Source: an uncultured Bacteroidales bacterium (GTDB lineage: Bacteria; Bacteroidota; Bacteroidia; Bacteroidales; VadinHA17). Taken from it: a stretch of DNA of 64,000 nucleotides. The DNA is taken from the NCBI GenBank assembly GCA_963732365.1, contig CAVSZC010000005.1:1834777-1898776 (forward strand), in the 5' to 3' direction. The position numbers were made by a program, and so were the translations under genes. How positions within the stretch are numbered: the first letter of the stretch is position 1; each line of letters opens with the position of its first letter. Below are positions 19,397 to 29,650 of the stretch, piece after piece. The notes beneath the pieces were generated by a model. That model was not told where the DNA came from. It did no database searches and saw only the letters and a program-made list of their open reading frames with translations.

Positions 19397-20370
19397 CAGA
19401 TGTAGCTTTTTTGTTTGAACCAGTTTATAGTGTCAGTCATTGTCTCCCCAAAGGGACGGGATACAAAACCCAGTTCTCTTGCTGCTTTCAGGCTGGATAT
19501 ATTCTTGTGGCCGAATTTGAGAGCTTCAAGTGACATCGCCGTATAAAGGGGAATGGTGCCTGTAACCGTGGCATGCAGGTTGAGAAACACGGCCCCGATT
19601 CCGGCGAGCCACATCGGTAGTGTTATGGCAGGGGTCTTGTGGCCACCCAGTTGTGAAATGGTATCAGCCAGTGTTTCCAGGCTCTGCCAGCTGCCACCCA
19701 GCAGATAGCACTGACCGGGAGTTCCCTGGGTGATAGCATTGACCGCGGCCCTGCATATATCTCTCACATCCACCCAGTTGTATCCACCTGGGATAAGGGT
19801 GGGGTTCTGCCCCTTGTAGAACCTGATGACGGCATTGCCGATCAGTGAAGGCTTGTAATCGCAGGGACCTATTATAGCTGTCGGGTTCAAAACAACCACT
19901 TCCAGTTCGGGTGATGAGGCATCGAGCATTATCTTCTGGCCGAGAGCCTTTGACCTGTCATATGATGCTGTGCTCCCGAGGGCGAGCTCGCGCGTTTCAT
20001 CGAGCACCCGGTCCATCGGATCATGACTGAAGGCATGTATAGAGCTGAAGTGGATGATCCTTTTGACTCCCTCAGCCCTGGCCGCACTGATAAGTGTGGC
20101 GCAGCTTTCAGCATTGGTCCTGATGCATGCCTGGTCATTCCGGCGGATGCTGATGCATGCTGCAAGATGAAAGACAACTTCACAACCTCTGCAAAGATTT
20201 CTCAGATCGGATTCACTGTTGATGTCACCTCTGACTATTTCAATTTCGAGATCCTCCAGACCCAGCGTGCTGTTATGTATCAGGGCTTTAACACTAAACC
20301 CCTCGCCAATCAGCATCCTGCACAGGTTCGTGCCCACATGGCCTGAGGCACCGGTAACGGCAATTTTCAT
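19396..20370 (-). CDS. NAD-dependent epimerase/dehydratase (extended SDR; dihydroflavonol-reductase/HpnA-like)
   Basis: MKIAVTGASGHVGTNL Rossmann motif and catalytic YDRSK. Start set at 20370. Confidence 0.75.
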   Translation of the reverse strand: MKIAVTGASGHVGTNLCRMLIGEGFSVKALIHNSTLGLEDLEIEIVRGDINSESDLRNLCRGCEVVFHLAACISIRRNDQACIRTNAESCATLISAARAEGVKRIIHFSSIHAFSHDPMDRVLDETRELALGSTASYDRSKALGQKIMLDASSPELEVVVLNPTAIIGPCDYKPSLIGNAVIRFYKGQNPTLIPGGYNWVDVRDICRAAVNAITQGTPGQCYLLGGSWQSLETLADTISQLGGHKTPAITLPMWLAGIGAVFLNLHATVTGTIPLYTAMSLEALKFGHKNISSLKAARELGFVSRPFGETMTDTINWFKQKSYI

Positions 20371-20435
20371 AGAAATCAGCAAATTCAGTCAAATGTAACC
20401 ATCATTTTGAAATATGATATACTTAAATTAGCAGA

Positions 20436-21371
20436 ATGAGAACCATTTCAGTCATTGCTGCTGTCCTAATGTGCTCAGCGATATTTGCCCAGGATTACAC
20501 CATCGGGCATATAAATACTATATTCAGTGATGGTCTGAGTGGTAAAAGAAATATTCCCGCAGATATATTTTACCCTCAGCCTCTGCCGGAAGATGGTGGC
20601 GCAGAGGGTGTATCATCCAAAGTAAAATTCCCGGTAATCTGTTTTGCACATGGTTACATGTTACCTTCATCGGCATACCTCAATATTCAGGAGGCTCTTG
20701 TGCCAGCCGGCTATATTCTTGTCTTTCCCGGAAGTGCATCCGGACTTTTTCCGTCACATGAACAGTATTCAGAAGACCTGGCATTTGTTCTTGGTGCGAT
20801 TGACAGCCTGGCTGCCGATGCTTCCTCTCCGCTTCATGGTATAACTGATGCTTCAAGGTGCCTTATGGGTCACAGCATGGGAGGGGGGGCCGTGTTTGCA
20901 GCGGCCAACATGCACGTTGATATAACTGCCATTGTTGCACTGGCACCATTGAATACCTCTCCGTCTGCCATCCAGGCTGCCTCTTCTGTTACAGCACCTA
21001 CCCTTATCGTTGCCGGAGGCAATGACTGCATAACGCCGCCTGAAAAACATCAGCTTCCGATCTATAATTTTTCAGCATCAGCCAAAAAGACCTATCTCCT
21101 TATCAAAGGTGCGACTCATTGCCAGATGGGATCGCACAATTCCCTGTGCAAATTCGGTGAGACAATGGCATTCTGCAATGACGGGATAAGTGAGGAAGAG
21201 CAGCATCTGACTCTCAACAGGTACCTGCTGCCCTGGCTCAATTTTTTCCTGAAGGGTAATTATGAGGCAGGGCTGGAGTTTGATACCTCGATAAGATCTG
21301 ACATTTCAGTTGAGTACCTCAGATCGCGTCCTCTTGTCAGTGCAGGTGATCAGTGTGCTCCTATTTTTTAA
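20436..21371 (+). CDS. secreted alpha/beta hydrolase of the cutinase / polyesterase (PETase-like, dienelactone-hydrolase fold) type
   Basis: Signal peptide. GHSMGGG nucleophile elbow. PTLIVAGGNDCITPP (Asp block) and YLLIKGATHCQ (His block), arranged as in LCC/Thermobifida/Ideonella polyesterases. Confidence 0.65.
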   Translation: MRTISVIAAVLMCSAIFAQDYTIGHINTIFSDGLSGKRNIPADIFYPQPLPEDGGAEGVSSKVKFPVICFAHGYMLPSSAYLNIQEALVPAGYILVFPGSASGLFPSHEQYSEDLAFVLGAIDSLAADASSPLHGITDASRCLMGHSMGGGAVFAAANMHVDITAIVALAPLNTSPSAIQAASSVTAPTLIVAGGNDCITPPEKHQLPIYNFSASAKKTYLLIKGATHCQMGSHNSLCKFGETMAFCNDGISEEEQHLTLNRYLLPWLNFFLKGNYEAGLEFDTSIRSDISVEYLRSRPLVSAGDQCAPIF

Positions 21372-22101
21372 GACTCGCCTTTGAAAAGATATAATCTTCG
21401 ATCGGAACATTGAATTCGATATCCTCAATAATGAATTCAGTTCCCTCACCATCCTTTAGCATATCCCTGAAGACAATCTTTTTCGGATACCATCGCTCAT
21501 TAATACGCTGAATGTCTGATAACTCAGTTCGTTTGAGCAAGGTTCCGCTTTTGGCGTACATCTCTTCCCTGAGGGGGATATTTCGTTTCTGGTCAACCCA
21601 TAACTTCTTTCCGTGATATGCTATTTCCGTCACGAAGGCAGTCAGTTCAATTACCCAGCACTGGTGCCCGTCGACAGTCTCTGTTCCTGTGATCCTGGCA
21701 TTGTACTGGTCTGTCAGTTTGCTGTCTTCCATGAGGTCTTCATAGGAGAGGTCGGAACCCATAACCGACTGGCGGAGCATATGCCCGGCAATCTGAATAA
21801 TGCGGTCTGTAGACGGGGAGTATATCCAGAGCTGGTCTTCAAGCTTGAGCATCTTTGTTCCCTGCTCACGCACCGGAAAGAGGTATTCGGTGAAAGATTT
21901 GTCCTCACCTGCAGTCCAGGTCTTGAGCTTTACAGTATGTGTAGTCCGTCTTCCATGTATTATCATTGAAGATGAGAAGACCCTGTTCTCAGAAGACATA
22001 TTCTGATCTATGCTTTCAATGATTTTTCTGGCGTCGGGGTACTGGGCATTAAGGCCGCAGTAACATGTGATGAAAATCATTACTGTAAAAAGTCTTTTCA
22101 T
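21361..22101 (-). CDS. LolA-like outer-membrane lipoprotein-sorting protein
   Basis: 246 aa with a signal peptide. Family-typical position directly after two FtsX-type permeases. Confidence 0.65.
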   Translation of the reverse strand: MKRLFTVMIFITCYCGLNAQYPDARKIIESIDQNMSSENRVFSSSMIIHGRRTTHTVKLKTWTAGEDKSFTEYLFPVREQGTKMLKLEDQLWIYSPSTDRIIQIAGHMLRQSVMGSDLSYEDLMEDSKLTDQYNARITGTETVDGHQCWVIELTAFVTEIAYHGKKLWVDQKRNIPLREEMYAKSGTLLKRTELSDIQRINERWYPKKIVFRDMLKDGEGTEFIIEDIEFNVPIEDYIFSKASLKK

Positions 22102-23372
22102 GCTTCAAGTTCTTTAAAGAGTTGTGCAGTCTGGCGTCTGTATATCCCGATTCCGGCAAGAAGCGCCCCAAGCTGGGTGGATAGGAAGCCCGGGACAAAG
22201 CCTATATACCATGTCTCGGGTGTGATCTGGGCTCTGAACAGATGTGGCATCATGATGGAAGCATTCTTCATCATTATACCAAGATCGATACCATGTTCCT
22301 GAAGATAGAGGGCTATGGCCATTCCTGCGGCTACACCTGCCAGAGATCCGAAGAAACCTATGATCAGCGATTCCATCAGCATTGTTCTATAAACATGTCC
22401 TTTCTCTTCACCTATTGCAAGTCTCATACCAAACTCGCCGTATCTTCTTAATCCTCCGAGCAGGCCTGCATTCCATAAAATCAGTGACATTGCCATAACG
22501 AATACTGCAACGAGTATCGCCTTAAGCTTGCCTGAGTATTCAACCAGGAAACCCATGTTATTCTGCTGGGCGAGGCTCTTCATCAGCAGTGAGAATTCAT
22601 CATCCGCCGAAAAGTACTTTTCATTGAATCTGTTGACAATCATAGTTGCCTGTTCGTCATCATAGGTACCTGTTCTGAAGAAACCCAGTATCTCACCTGT
22701 GGCGTCATACATATTCAGTGCCTCTCTCACATCCTGAATATCAGCTATGATAGTCCCTTTGTCAAGAGCTGTTATTCCAAATTCCACTGTCCCGCAGAGG
22801 ATAAAATTGTGCATGGTAAGCTCTCCGTACATGCTTGATCCTACCAGAGTGAAGCGATCACCGGGATTGATTTTAAGTTTATCTGCAAAATCGCTGCTTA
22901 GGATTGCTTCATTTCTGGTCATGGGCAGGCGGCCACTCCTGAGTGATGAGGTGATATTCATCCGTTCTGTCTCATCGTTTCGTCCTGACAGCATATCTAT
23001 CCCTATACCAAATGCCGGCCCCTGTGCCCTTGTCTCGCCTGCAGTGTCGGGCACGTCAATCAGTCCTCCGAAATAGATGCGCTCTGCAAAATCCATCTCC
23101 GGTATCTCTGATGAGATGATACCGGTAAGGGTATCAGTGCCGAGAATGGCCAGATCATTCGGTGACTGACCAGCGTTCTCCGAGTAAGCGCTGGTCATTA
23201 TTTTTACATGACCTGCAGCAAACCTTGCATTAAACTCAATGCTGTTTCCTATCACACCTGTCATCCATGCATGGAAGACCACGGTAAGCATTACGCCGGT
23301 AGCTGTAACAATTAACGGTATCAGGCTGCGGTTCCTGTCCCTGATGAGCCCCTTGAAAAGAAATCTGATCAT
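22098..23372 (-). CDS. ABC transporter permease, FtsX/MacB-like
   Basis: N-terminal TM, large periplasmic domain, then three C-terminal TMs (FtsX topology). 4-nt overlaps with both neighbours. Confidence 0.8.
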   Translation of the reverse strand: MIRFLFKGLIRDRNRSLIPLIVTATGVMLTVVFHAWMTGVIGNSIEFNARFAAGHVKIMTSAYSENAGQSPNDLAILGTDTLTGIISSEIPEMDFAERIYFGGLIDVPDTAGETRAQGPAFGIGIDMLSGRNDETERMNITSSLRSGRLPMTRNEAILSSDFADKLKINPGDRFTLVGSSMYGELTMHNFILCGTVEFGITALDKGTIIADIQDVREALNMYDATGEILGFFRTGTYDDEQATMIVNRFNEKYFSADDEFSLLMKSLAQQNNMGFLVEYSGKLKAILVAVFVMAMSLILWNAGLLGGLRRYGEFGMRLAIGEEKGHVYRTMLMESLIIGFFGSLAGVAAGMAIALYLQEHGIDLGIMMKNASIMMPHLFRAQITPETWYIGFVPGFLSTQLGALLAGIGIYRRQTAQLFKELEA

Positions 23373-24541
23373 TGCATCCTCCCCCTTAAAGCCTCTGTGG
23401 GATTAAGTCGTGCAATTTTGCGCGAAGGCCAGTAGCTGACGATGGTTGTTACCAGCATCACTATAAATACTGTTCCTGCAATAAGTCCGAGGCTGTACAC
23501 CGGGTATAGCTTCTCAGCCATGGCAATGCCGTAGTCGCTGCTTTTGACAGGTATGGCAATGCCGTTTACGGCCTGCAATGTCAGCAGAGGGATTCCGTAC
23601 AAGGCGCCCACCATTGCTGCAAGAACGGAATTCATCGCTCCCTCGATGGTAAACAGCTTCACAACCTCTCCCCGGGTCATGCCTAAAGCCACATAGGTTC
23701 CGATCTCCTTCTGCCTCCTGAATATCGAGAACACCTGGGTGTCGAACACTGCAAGCATCGCAAGCATGAGCAGGATAGCCCATATTATCATTCCCATAGA
23801 GCTTTTTGCCTTAATGATCTGCTCTATGTCTGCCAGCAGCGTCCTGTGGTCCTTGAATACCCACTCTTCATTTACAGGGATGCCGCCTGACATTTCTCCG
23901 GCTATGATTAATGTTGCCTCACCCGGCAGGAGCATCATCTCACTTAGTTTTTCTATCGGTATCCACACCTGCCCCACGTCGACTGTCGGCACAGTGGTTT
24001 CAAAGATTCCCGAAATCCTGATCTCTGTGGCATCGAAAGTGCCGTTCCTGTCACGCCACCGCAGTGTCACATAATCACCCTCGCCGAGCTTTGTGTTCTC
24101 AGCCATGGTACTGCCAATTATGGCGGGTATATCATTATCAACTGATACCAGCTTATCTGTCGGCAGGGCCAGGAGCTTCTGTTCAGGGGGTATACCCTTG
24201 ATAAGGACTGACTGCATCCTTCCGGCAGGAAAGATGGTTCCCTGTGCTATGAGAACCGGAACTACAGAGGTGTCATTGGCAATTGCCGCCAGCTCACCGG
24301 GAATGGCGCCGTGGCTGTCAGATAAAGTAAAAGGGTCATAGGGGTCATAGCTGGCATGCCAGTACTGACCGCCCCCTATTTCCCATTTGATCATATCATT
24401 CCTTGCCTGACGGTCCCATCCTTCCAGCAGCCCTTTGGTCCAAATGATTATGACAAATGAGAATGAGAGAACAATGACGTTGAGCCATGTTCGTAATCCT
24501 GCTCCCAGGAGGTTTCTGAATGCCAGATTGAATGCCATCAT
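23369..24541 (-). CDS. ABC transporter permease, FtsX/MacB-like
   Basis: Same FtsX topology as 22098-23372. C-terminal ...PSRKIARLNPTEALR motif. Confidence 0.8.
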   Translation of the reverse strand: MMAFNLAFRNLLGAGLRTWLNVIVLSFSFVIIIWTKGLLEGWDRQARNDMIKWEIGGGQYWHASYDPYDPFTLSDSHGAIPGELAAIANDTSVVPVLIAQGTIFPAGRMQSVLIKGIPPEQKLLALPTDKLVSVDNDIPAIIGSTMAENTKLGEGDYVTLRWRDRNGTFDATEIRISGIFETTVPTVDVGQVWIPIEKLSEMMLLPGEATLIIAGEMSGGIPVNEEWVFKDHRTLLADIEQIIKAKSSMGMIIWAILLMLAMLAVFDTQVFSIFRRQKEIGTYVALGMTRGEVVKLFTIEGAMNSVLAAMVGALYGIPLLTLQAVNGIAIPVKSSDYGIAMAEKLYPVYSLGLIAGTVFIVMLVTTIVSYWPSRKIARLNPTEALRGRMQ

Positions 24542-24556
24542 ATGCGCTTCCTCCGG

Positions 24557-25258
24557 TTAGTTTTTTTCGATGATCTCATCCCTGGCTACTTTCCCGTCAA
24601 GAAGAATAATTTTTCTCCTGACATAGCTTATTACTTTCTCATCATGTGTGGCAAAGAGGAATGTTGTCTGCAGTTCACGGTTCAGCTTTTCCATTGTCTG
24701 CAGTATGTTGTGAGAGTTTGCAGCATCAAGGTTTGCCGTAGGCTCATCAGCAAGAACAATGGCTGGTCTCTTCACCATGGCACGCGCTATCGCGACACGC
24801 TGGCTCTCGCCGCCTGAGAGCTGTGCCGGTCGTGATTTAATCTTGTCAGTAAGGCCTACCCATTCCAGGGCATCAAGCACCATCTGTCTGCGTTTGGCGG
24901 TTTCTATCCCCTGAAGCAGCAGAGGAAACTCAACATTCTCAAAAACGGTGTGCACCTGGAAGAGATTATAGCTCTGGAAAATAAAGCCCAGCTTTGACTT
25001 GCGCAGAGCCGCCGAAGCTGCCGGTGTGAGACTGGCGACAGACTGCCCGAGTATGACAGCCCTCCCCTCGGAAGGGACATCGAGAGTACCGATAATATTG
25101 AGAAGCGTTGTCTTGCCTGACCCGCTCGGCCCGATAATACCTGCAAACTCACCCTTTCCGACAGTGAGATCAATGCCGTTCAGAGCGGTGAACCTGCCGC
25201 TTCCCATGGGAAAGTGTTTTTTGAGACCTTCAATTGTTATTATCGTTTCGTTGTCCAT
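24557..25258 (-). CDS. ABC transporter ATP-binding protein (LolD/MacB-type)
   Basis: Walker [10 protein letters not shown], signature [14 protein letters not shown], Walker B IVLADEPT. Confidence 0.9.
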   Translation of the reverse strand: MDNETIITIEGLKKHFPMGSGRFTALNGIDLTVGKGEFAGIIGPSGSGKTTLLNIIGTLDVPSEGRAVILGQSVASLTPAASAALRKSKLGFIFQSYNLFQVHTVFENVEFPLLLQGIETAKRRQMVLDALEWVGLTDKIKSRPAQLSGGESQRVAIARAMVKRPAIVLADEPTANLDAANSHNILQTMEKLNRELQTTFLFATHDEKVISYVRRKIILLDGKVARDEIIEKN

Positions 25259-25278
25259 TTGACAGAGAAATTAATTGC

Positions 25279-26433
25279 TTAGATATCGAGTACCACCATG
25301 ATCTGAAATCCTTTCCCTGCAAAACTATTGCTGTCATCGCTGCCAACAAACATGGTAAGCTTATCAGGATTCCAAAATGCCATTAAATATAGACTTATAT
25401 AATCATATTTCAGCTGGAGGTTCAGAAAACGGTACCACTCTTCCGTATCCCAGTTATAGTATACAAGGCCTGAAATACTATGGGAAAGGAACAGAGGGTA
25501 ACTGAGAGAGAGTGTTGAAAAATTCCGGGTTGTCTTCATCTGCTCATCTTCAGCATTGTTGGAATAGTGGAAGAATTCCGAACCGGCATTCAGCCCCTTT
25601 CCCAGCGGGAAAGTATAATCTATGCCAAGGCTGTAATAGGTCTCCCACCGGGTAACAAGCAGATTATCCTTGTCGTTTAGTTTTCCGGAGAATTCAAACC
25701 ATATTCCCGGTCCAACGTCCCATTTGCCGTCAAGGGCAAACAGCTGTTCCGTAAAACGGGTGTCAGTGACCAGAGGATTGCCGGCATAAAGCTCTGAATA
25801 ATCGGCATCGCGGTGGTGATAGCTGAAAGCAACCTCTCCCAGGGGCACAGGCAGCTGAAGCCGGCCGCCATACTCCGGAATGTCCCATACGGAGGGTACC
25901 ACTTCCCATCCTTTGGTCTCCTTGTTCCCGTAGAGAGTCCATAGCCAGATGTTCGCGTTGTTATTGAAATAGTATCGCCCGAGGAGGGCGTAGACACCGT
26001 TGGTCAGCTGAAGGGGATCTCTGAAGTCGATATTGTCAAACCACATCAGCGGCCTGAGAATATTAGAGGAACCGAAGTTAATTTTTTGCAGCCCTGCTCT
26101 TATCTCAAGATTAGATGTCGAATATCTCAACCATAGACGATATGCCTTGAAGTCATATGTTGCTGTATCTAATTCAGCATCTGTGAATAACAGATTTCCA
26201 TATGTATTAAGAGATAATTCCGCATCGAATTTGCTGTTCCTGCCTGTTTTCCATGACGGACTGAGGGTGGGAATGTATCTTATGCCCGCCTGGGTGTATA
26301 ACTGTTCGGTATAATTTGACCCGACCCAGGTGCTTACCTGGTTGTCAAAACCAAGAGTCAAATTCTGGCCACTGACTGCCTGCGAAAGGCACATGATCAA
26401 TGCCATGCACTGGTATAAAAATCCGGATCTCAC
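25279..26433 (-). CDS. predicted outer-membrane beta-barrel protein of unknown function
   Basis: Signal peptide, alternating aromatic/hydrophilic pattern throughout, aromatic-rich C-terminus. Confidence 0.45.
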   Translation of the reverse strand: MRSGFLYQCMALIMCLSQAVSGQNLTLGFDNQVSTWVGSNYTEQLYTQAGIRYIPTLSPSWKTGRNSKFDAELSLNTYGNLLFTDAELDTATYDFKAYRLWLRYSTSNLEIRAGLQKINFGSSNILRPLMWFDNIDFRDPLQLTNGVYALLGRYYFNNNANIWLWTLYGNKETKGWEVVPSVWDIPEYGGRLQLPVPLGEVAFSYHHRDADYSELYAGNPLVTDTRFTEQLFALDGKWDVGPGIWFEFSGKLNDKDNLLVTRWETYYSLGIDYTFPLGKGLNAGSEFFHYSNNAEDEQMKTTRNFSTLSLSYPLFLSHSISGLVYYNWDTEEWYRFLNLQLKYDYISLYLMAFWNPDKLTMFVGSDDSNSFAGKGFQIMVVLDI

Positions 26434-27221
26434 CCTTTTGGTCCTTCTCCTTTTTTGTCTGCGATTCTTTTAATAATTGCATACAGGCTGTACCTGTCAA
26501 GTGCTCTGCCCATGCTTTTCCCCATCAGGATAAATTCCGATACCTCCTCCTCGGTAAAGGCCAGGCCCCTCTTCTTTTTCAGCTCGATGAAGCGGGCCAG
26601 ATCCTTTCGCATTGAGATCCAGAAGAGGCAATTGATCAGAACCATAAAGAGGGCATATCGCCAATCGTCAAACCAGTACCACAGCCAGAATATGAGTATC
26701 ACATACCCCCCCCAACGTATTACCAGTACGCTTCCTGCAATGAATCCGAGAAGGGTCGCAGCGAGGTTGGCAACCAGAAGGCCGAACCAGTTGATTACGA
26801 GAATAATTCCGAGTATGGATGATTCTCCGCGGCCGCCGATAAACCTGTAATAAACCGGGAAATTATGGCCTGCCACACCGAAGAGTGCTACCAGGAGGAA
26901 CCAGAGTTCACCAGGGAATGCAAGTTTGACCAACAGTGTTGGTACGGCAACTTTAAGCATATCGGCAACAGAGGTGATGACTCCATACCTGGCCCCGATC
27001 TTTTTAGTCACCAGGGTGGCACTTACCAGGTCTGATTCGAAGGTCTCATCAGAATGAGGCACCGGCTCCGAGAAAGGTTCAATCTGACTCTTCTTAGTTG
27101 CCAGAAAATAGACAATACGGGCAAAAGAGACTGATCCGATAAGATAAGCCGTGACACTGCAGAGTATTGCAGTAAGCCATGGATGATCAGCCAGGTATTT
27201 AATACCTTCACTCATAATCAT
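26430..27221 (-). CDS. PlsY-like glycerol-3-phosphate acyltransferase family membrane protein with a C-terminal extension
   Basis: GSVSFARIV near the N-terminus and GHNFPVYYRFIGGRG match the PlsY signature blocks. About 60 extra C-terminal residues. Confidence 0.65.
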   Translation of the reverse strand: MIMSEGIKYLADHPWLTAILCSVTAYLIGSVSFARIVYFLATKKSQIEPFSEPVPHSDETFESDLVSATLVTKKIGARYGVITSVADMLKVAVPTLLVKLAFPGELWFLLVALFGVAGHNFPVYYRFIGGRGESSILGIILVINWFGLLVANLAATLLGFIAGSVLVIRWGGYVILIFWLWYWFDDWRYALFMVLINCLFWISMRKDLARFIELKKKRGLAFTEEEVSEFILMGKSMGRALDRYSLYAIIKRIADKKGEGPKG

Positions 27222-29607
27222 GAACTGTTAAAAGTCCGTTTGAACCGTTTACGGTGACCTTGAGGCCACTGCCCAGCGCACAGGCATTTGCAACTGAGAC
27301 AAGGGCAGGGATACCCATTTCACGGGCAATGATAGAGCTGTGTGAGAGCATACCCCCGGTTTCAGATACTATGGCTCCGGCCTTGACGAGTATGGGTGTC
27401 CAGCTTACGTCAGAAAAAGGTATCAATACGATGTCTCCTTTTTCAACTGCTGTGAAATCATCTGTATTCCTTACGACCCTGGTCGTGCCTGTATAAGATC
27501 CGGATGACGTACCAATACCCGGATGATTTACGACCCTGCGGGTCTCAGGCTGAGGAGCCTCATCACCATAAATAACCGGCGGAAGAACGATATCCTTTGT
27601 CTCATCCATCTCTTTCTTCCGTTGCAGGATAAGCTCCCTGAAACGGCTGTTGCCCGGATTATCCGGGTCATTCAGAATAAGATCTGTCTCTTCCTTATGG
27701 AGATAGAAGATGTCATTTTCAGACTCTATGAAGCCTGCGGCCGCGAACTCTCGTCCGAGGCTCAGGAACAGCCTCCGGAAAAGGCCGTAACCAAATATGT
27801 ATAAAGAGCTGATCTGTTCGCGGTAGAGCTTGAATCTGCCAGCCTTAAGATAAGTTTTGAGCAGTGACCGGCTGAGCTTAATGCCCTTTAGTCTTAAGTC
27901 GCCAGGGCTGTAGAGTTCTGCCCTTGTCTCATGATTGGCTGAATTCAGTATCATTTTGAAAACCTGTTCAGGGTTTTCCTCCCATTTCGGGAAAGAAAAG
28001 TCGTTGCCACTCTCACTAAGATGACCGAAGTCTTTTATGAACCTGTCAATTTCTCCGGCTATTGAGGCTGCTTCCGGAACAGACCTGAGTCGGTGCAGTG
28101 AACTGCATTGTGCTCTCACTCCTTCGGGAAGGCTTTCAATGGTGTTTTTGATCCTCATGATTGCCGGCATCGGGGTGTAGTCATCCAGCTGCGGAAAATC
28201 GCGACGGAAATCAAGATTATCATATTCGAGACCCTTTTTTGCCAGCCTTTTCCTCAGTCTCTTGTGGTGGAGGGTCATCAGGATGGGGGCCATGATATTG
28301 ATGTATGCCATCCGCTGGCCTTCAGAAAAGAGGATTGAGTAGTATTTGCCGAATGACCGTGTGGAAAAACCGTTCTCCAGTTCAGACTCAATCCCGGTGA
28401 ATCTATTCTTCAGGTCATTGTATTCCGAGATGAGCTTCTTCTCGAACCTCATTTTGTCAACGATGAACCTGATAATTCTGAATGAATGCCTGAGTGTTTT
28501 AAGGCCGGGTTTTACTGAAGGTTTTTTATTATCAGTGCTGAGCATCATCTGCTCGAGAGCGTCTGTTGACATTCCGAATTCACTGAATATCCTCCCCAGC
28601 GCCGCAATGTTGAAATAAGTCTGGTAATAGAACGGTTTTGCCAGCTCCTCAGGCCTGACACTCAGCGGGCCTGTTATTTCAGAAAGAATCTTTATCCATG
28701 TTCCGTTGACCATGGGGATGTTCACTGACCATATAAGAGGCTTGACCTGGCCAGGCAGCATCTCCTTGGCCATCTTGTTGGAATAGATATTAAGCTCCTT
28801 TCTTCCGGTTATCTGCCTGAGCTGAAGATAGTAAAGATGTTTCCCGTCCCATGCCCATTCAATATCGGCGTGCTCCCCGTAATACCGCCTCAGCTTTGCC
28901 GTATCGGCTGCCACCTTCTTTATCACTGCGTAGAAGCGATGGCCACTGTCACCTTCAATAACCTCATCCTTCCTTATCCTCCATCGCAGGGGGGTAACCC
29001 CTTTCTGAACCAGATCTTCCCCAAGACCCTCGAGGGCTTCGATCACTGTCTCATTCTGGTTTGTGACCGGATTGCGGCTGAAGCTGACCCCTGCGAGTTG
29101 TGATTCGATCATCTCCTGGATTATAACGCCGCATTTAATGGCTGTGATGCCTGTCCTCCTGAGATACTCGTTGTCATTAAGGTGTGAAGCTGACTCCCAT
29201 ACTGTGCGAACTGCGTCAATGATATTATCGGTTCCCCGCACATTCATGAGAGTCTGAAACTGACCTGCAAAACTGAACTCCTTTGAATCCTCAGCAGTGG
29301 TAGAGGACCTGACCGCATAGAGTTTATCAGGCAGTTCAAGCACTTCCCTGCGGAGTTCATCAAGCACTGCAGATCCTTCCTTAAGATACCTTTCATGCGC
29401 CCTGATGGTCACAAGGAAGGTGAGGGGGATGTTAAAACCGTACCTGTGCAGAAAAATCAGGGAATTAGCCTTATTCCCTGTCTCGTCTGATTTGAGCCCT
29501 GCTCTTAACCGCTTTATCAGTTGCTGATTTTTCATTGTACTGACAGAGGCTAAACCATTTCTCTTTGCCTTAGATGTCTTTATCTTCAGATCAGGCGGTA
29601 AAATCAA
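27208..29607 (-). CDS. PEP-utilising-enzyme family phosphotransferase: PPDK_N-type ATP-grasp plus C-terminal phosphohistidine swivel domain, no PEP/pyruvate TIM barrel
   Basis: N-terminal YAVRSSTTAEDSKEFSFAGQFQT block and C-terminal GGMLSHSSIIAREMGIPALV. Overlaps the PlsY-like gene by 14 nt. An alternative start lies at 29535 (MKNQQL...). Confidence 0.7.
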   Translation of the reverse strand: MILPPDLKIKTSKAKRNGLASVSTMKNQQLIKRLRAGLKSDETGNKANSLIFLHRYGFNIPLTFLVTIRAHERYLKEGSAVLDELRREVLELPDKLYAVRSSTTAEDSKEFSFAGQFQTLMNVRGTDNIIDAVRTVWESASHLNDNEYLRRTGITAIKCGVIIQEMIESQLAGVSFSRNPVTNQNETVIEALEGLGEDLVQKGVTPLRWRIRKDEVIEGDSGHRFYAVIKKVAADTAKLRRYYGEHADIEWAWDGKHLYYLQLRQITGRKELNIYSNKMAKEMLPGQVKPLIWSVNIPMVNGTWIKILSEITGPLSVRPEELAKPFYYQTYFNIAALGRIFSEFGMSTDALEQMMLSTDNKKPSVKPGLKTLRHSFRIIRFIVDKMRFEKKLISEYNDLKNRFTGIESELENGFSTRSFGKYYSILFSEGQRMAYINIMAPILMTLHHKRLRKRLAKKGLEYDNLDFRRDFPQLDDYTPMPAIMRIKNTIESLPEGVRAQCSSLHRLRSVPEAASIAGEIDRFIKDFGHLSESGNDFSFPKWEENPEQVFKMILNSANHETRAELYSPGDLRLKGIKLSRSLLKTYLKAGRFKLYREQISSLYIFGYGLFRRLFLSLGREFAAAGFIESENDIFYLHKEETDLILNDPDNPGNSRFRELILQRKKEMDETKDIVLPPVIYGDEAPQPETRRVVNHPGIGTSSGSYTGTTRVVRNTDDFTAVEKGDIVLIPFSDVSWTPILVKAGAIVSETGGMLSHSSIIAREMGIPALVSVANACALGSGLKVTVNGSNGLLTVHDYE

Positions 29608-29650
29608 TTATTCATCCCTAAGTCAAAAATAATGATTCTTTTGAGACCTG

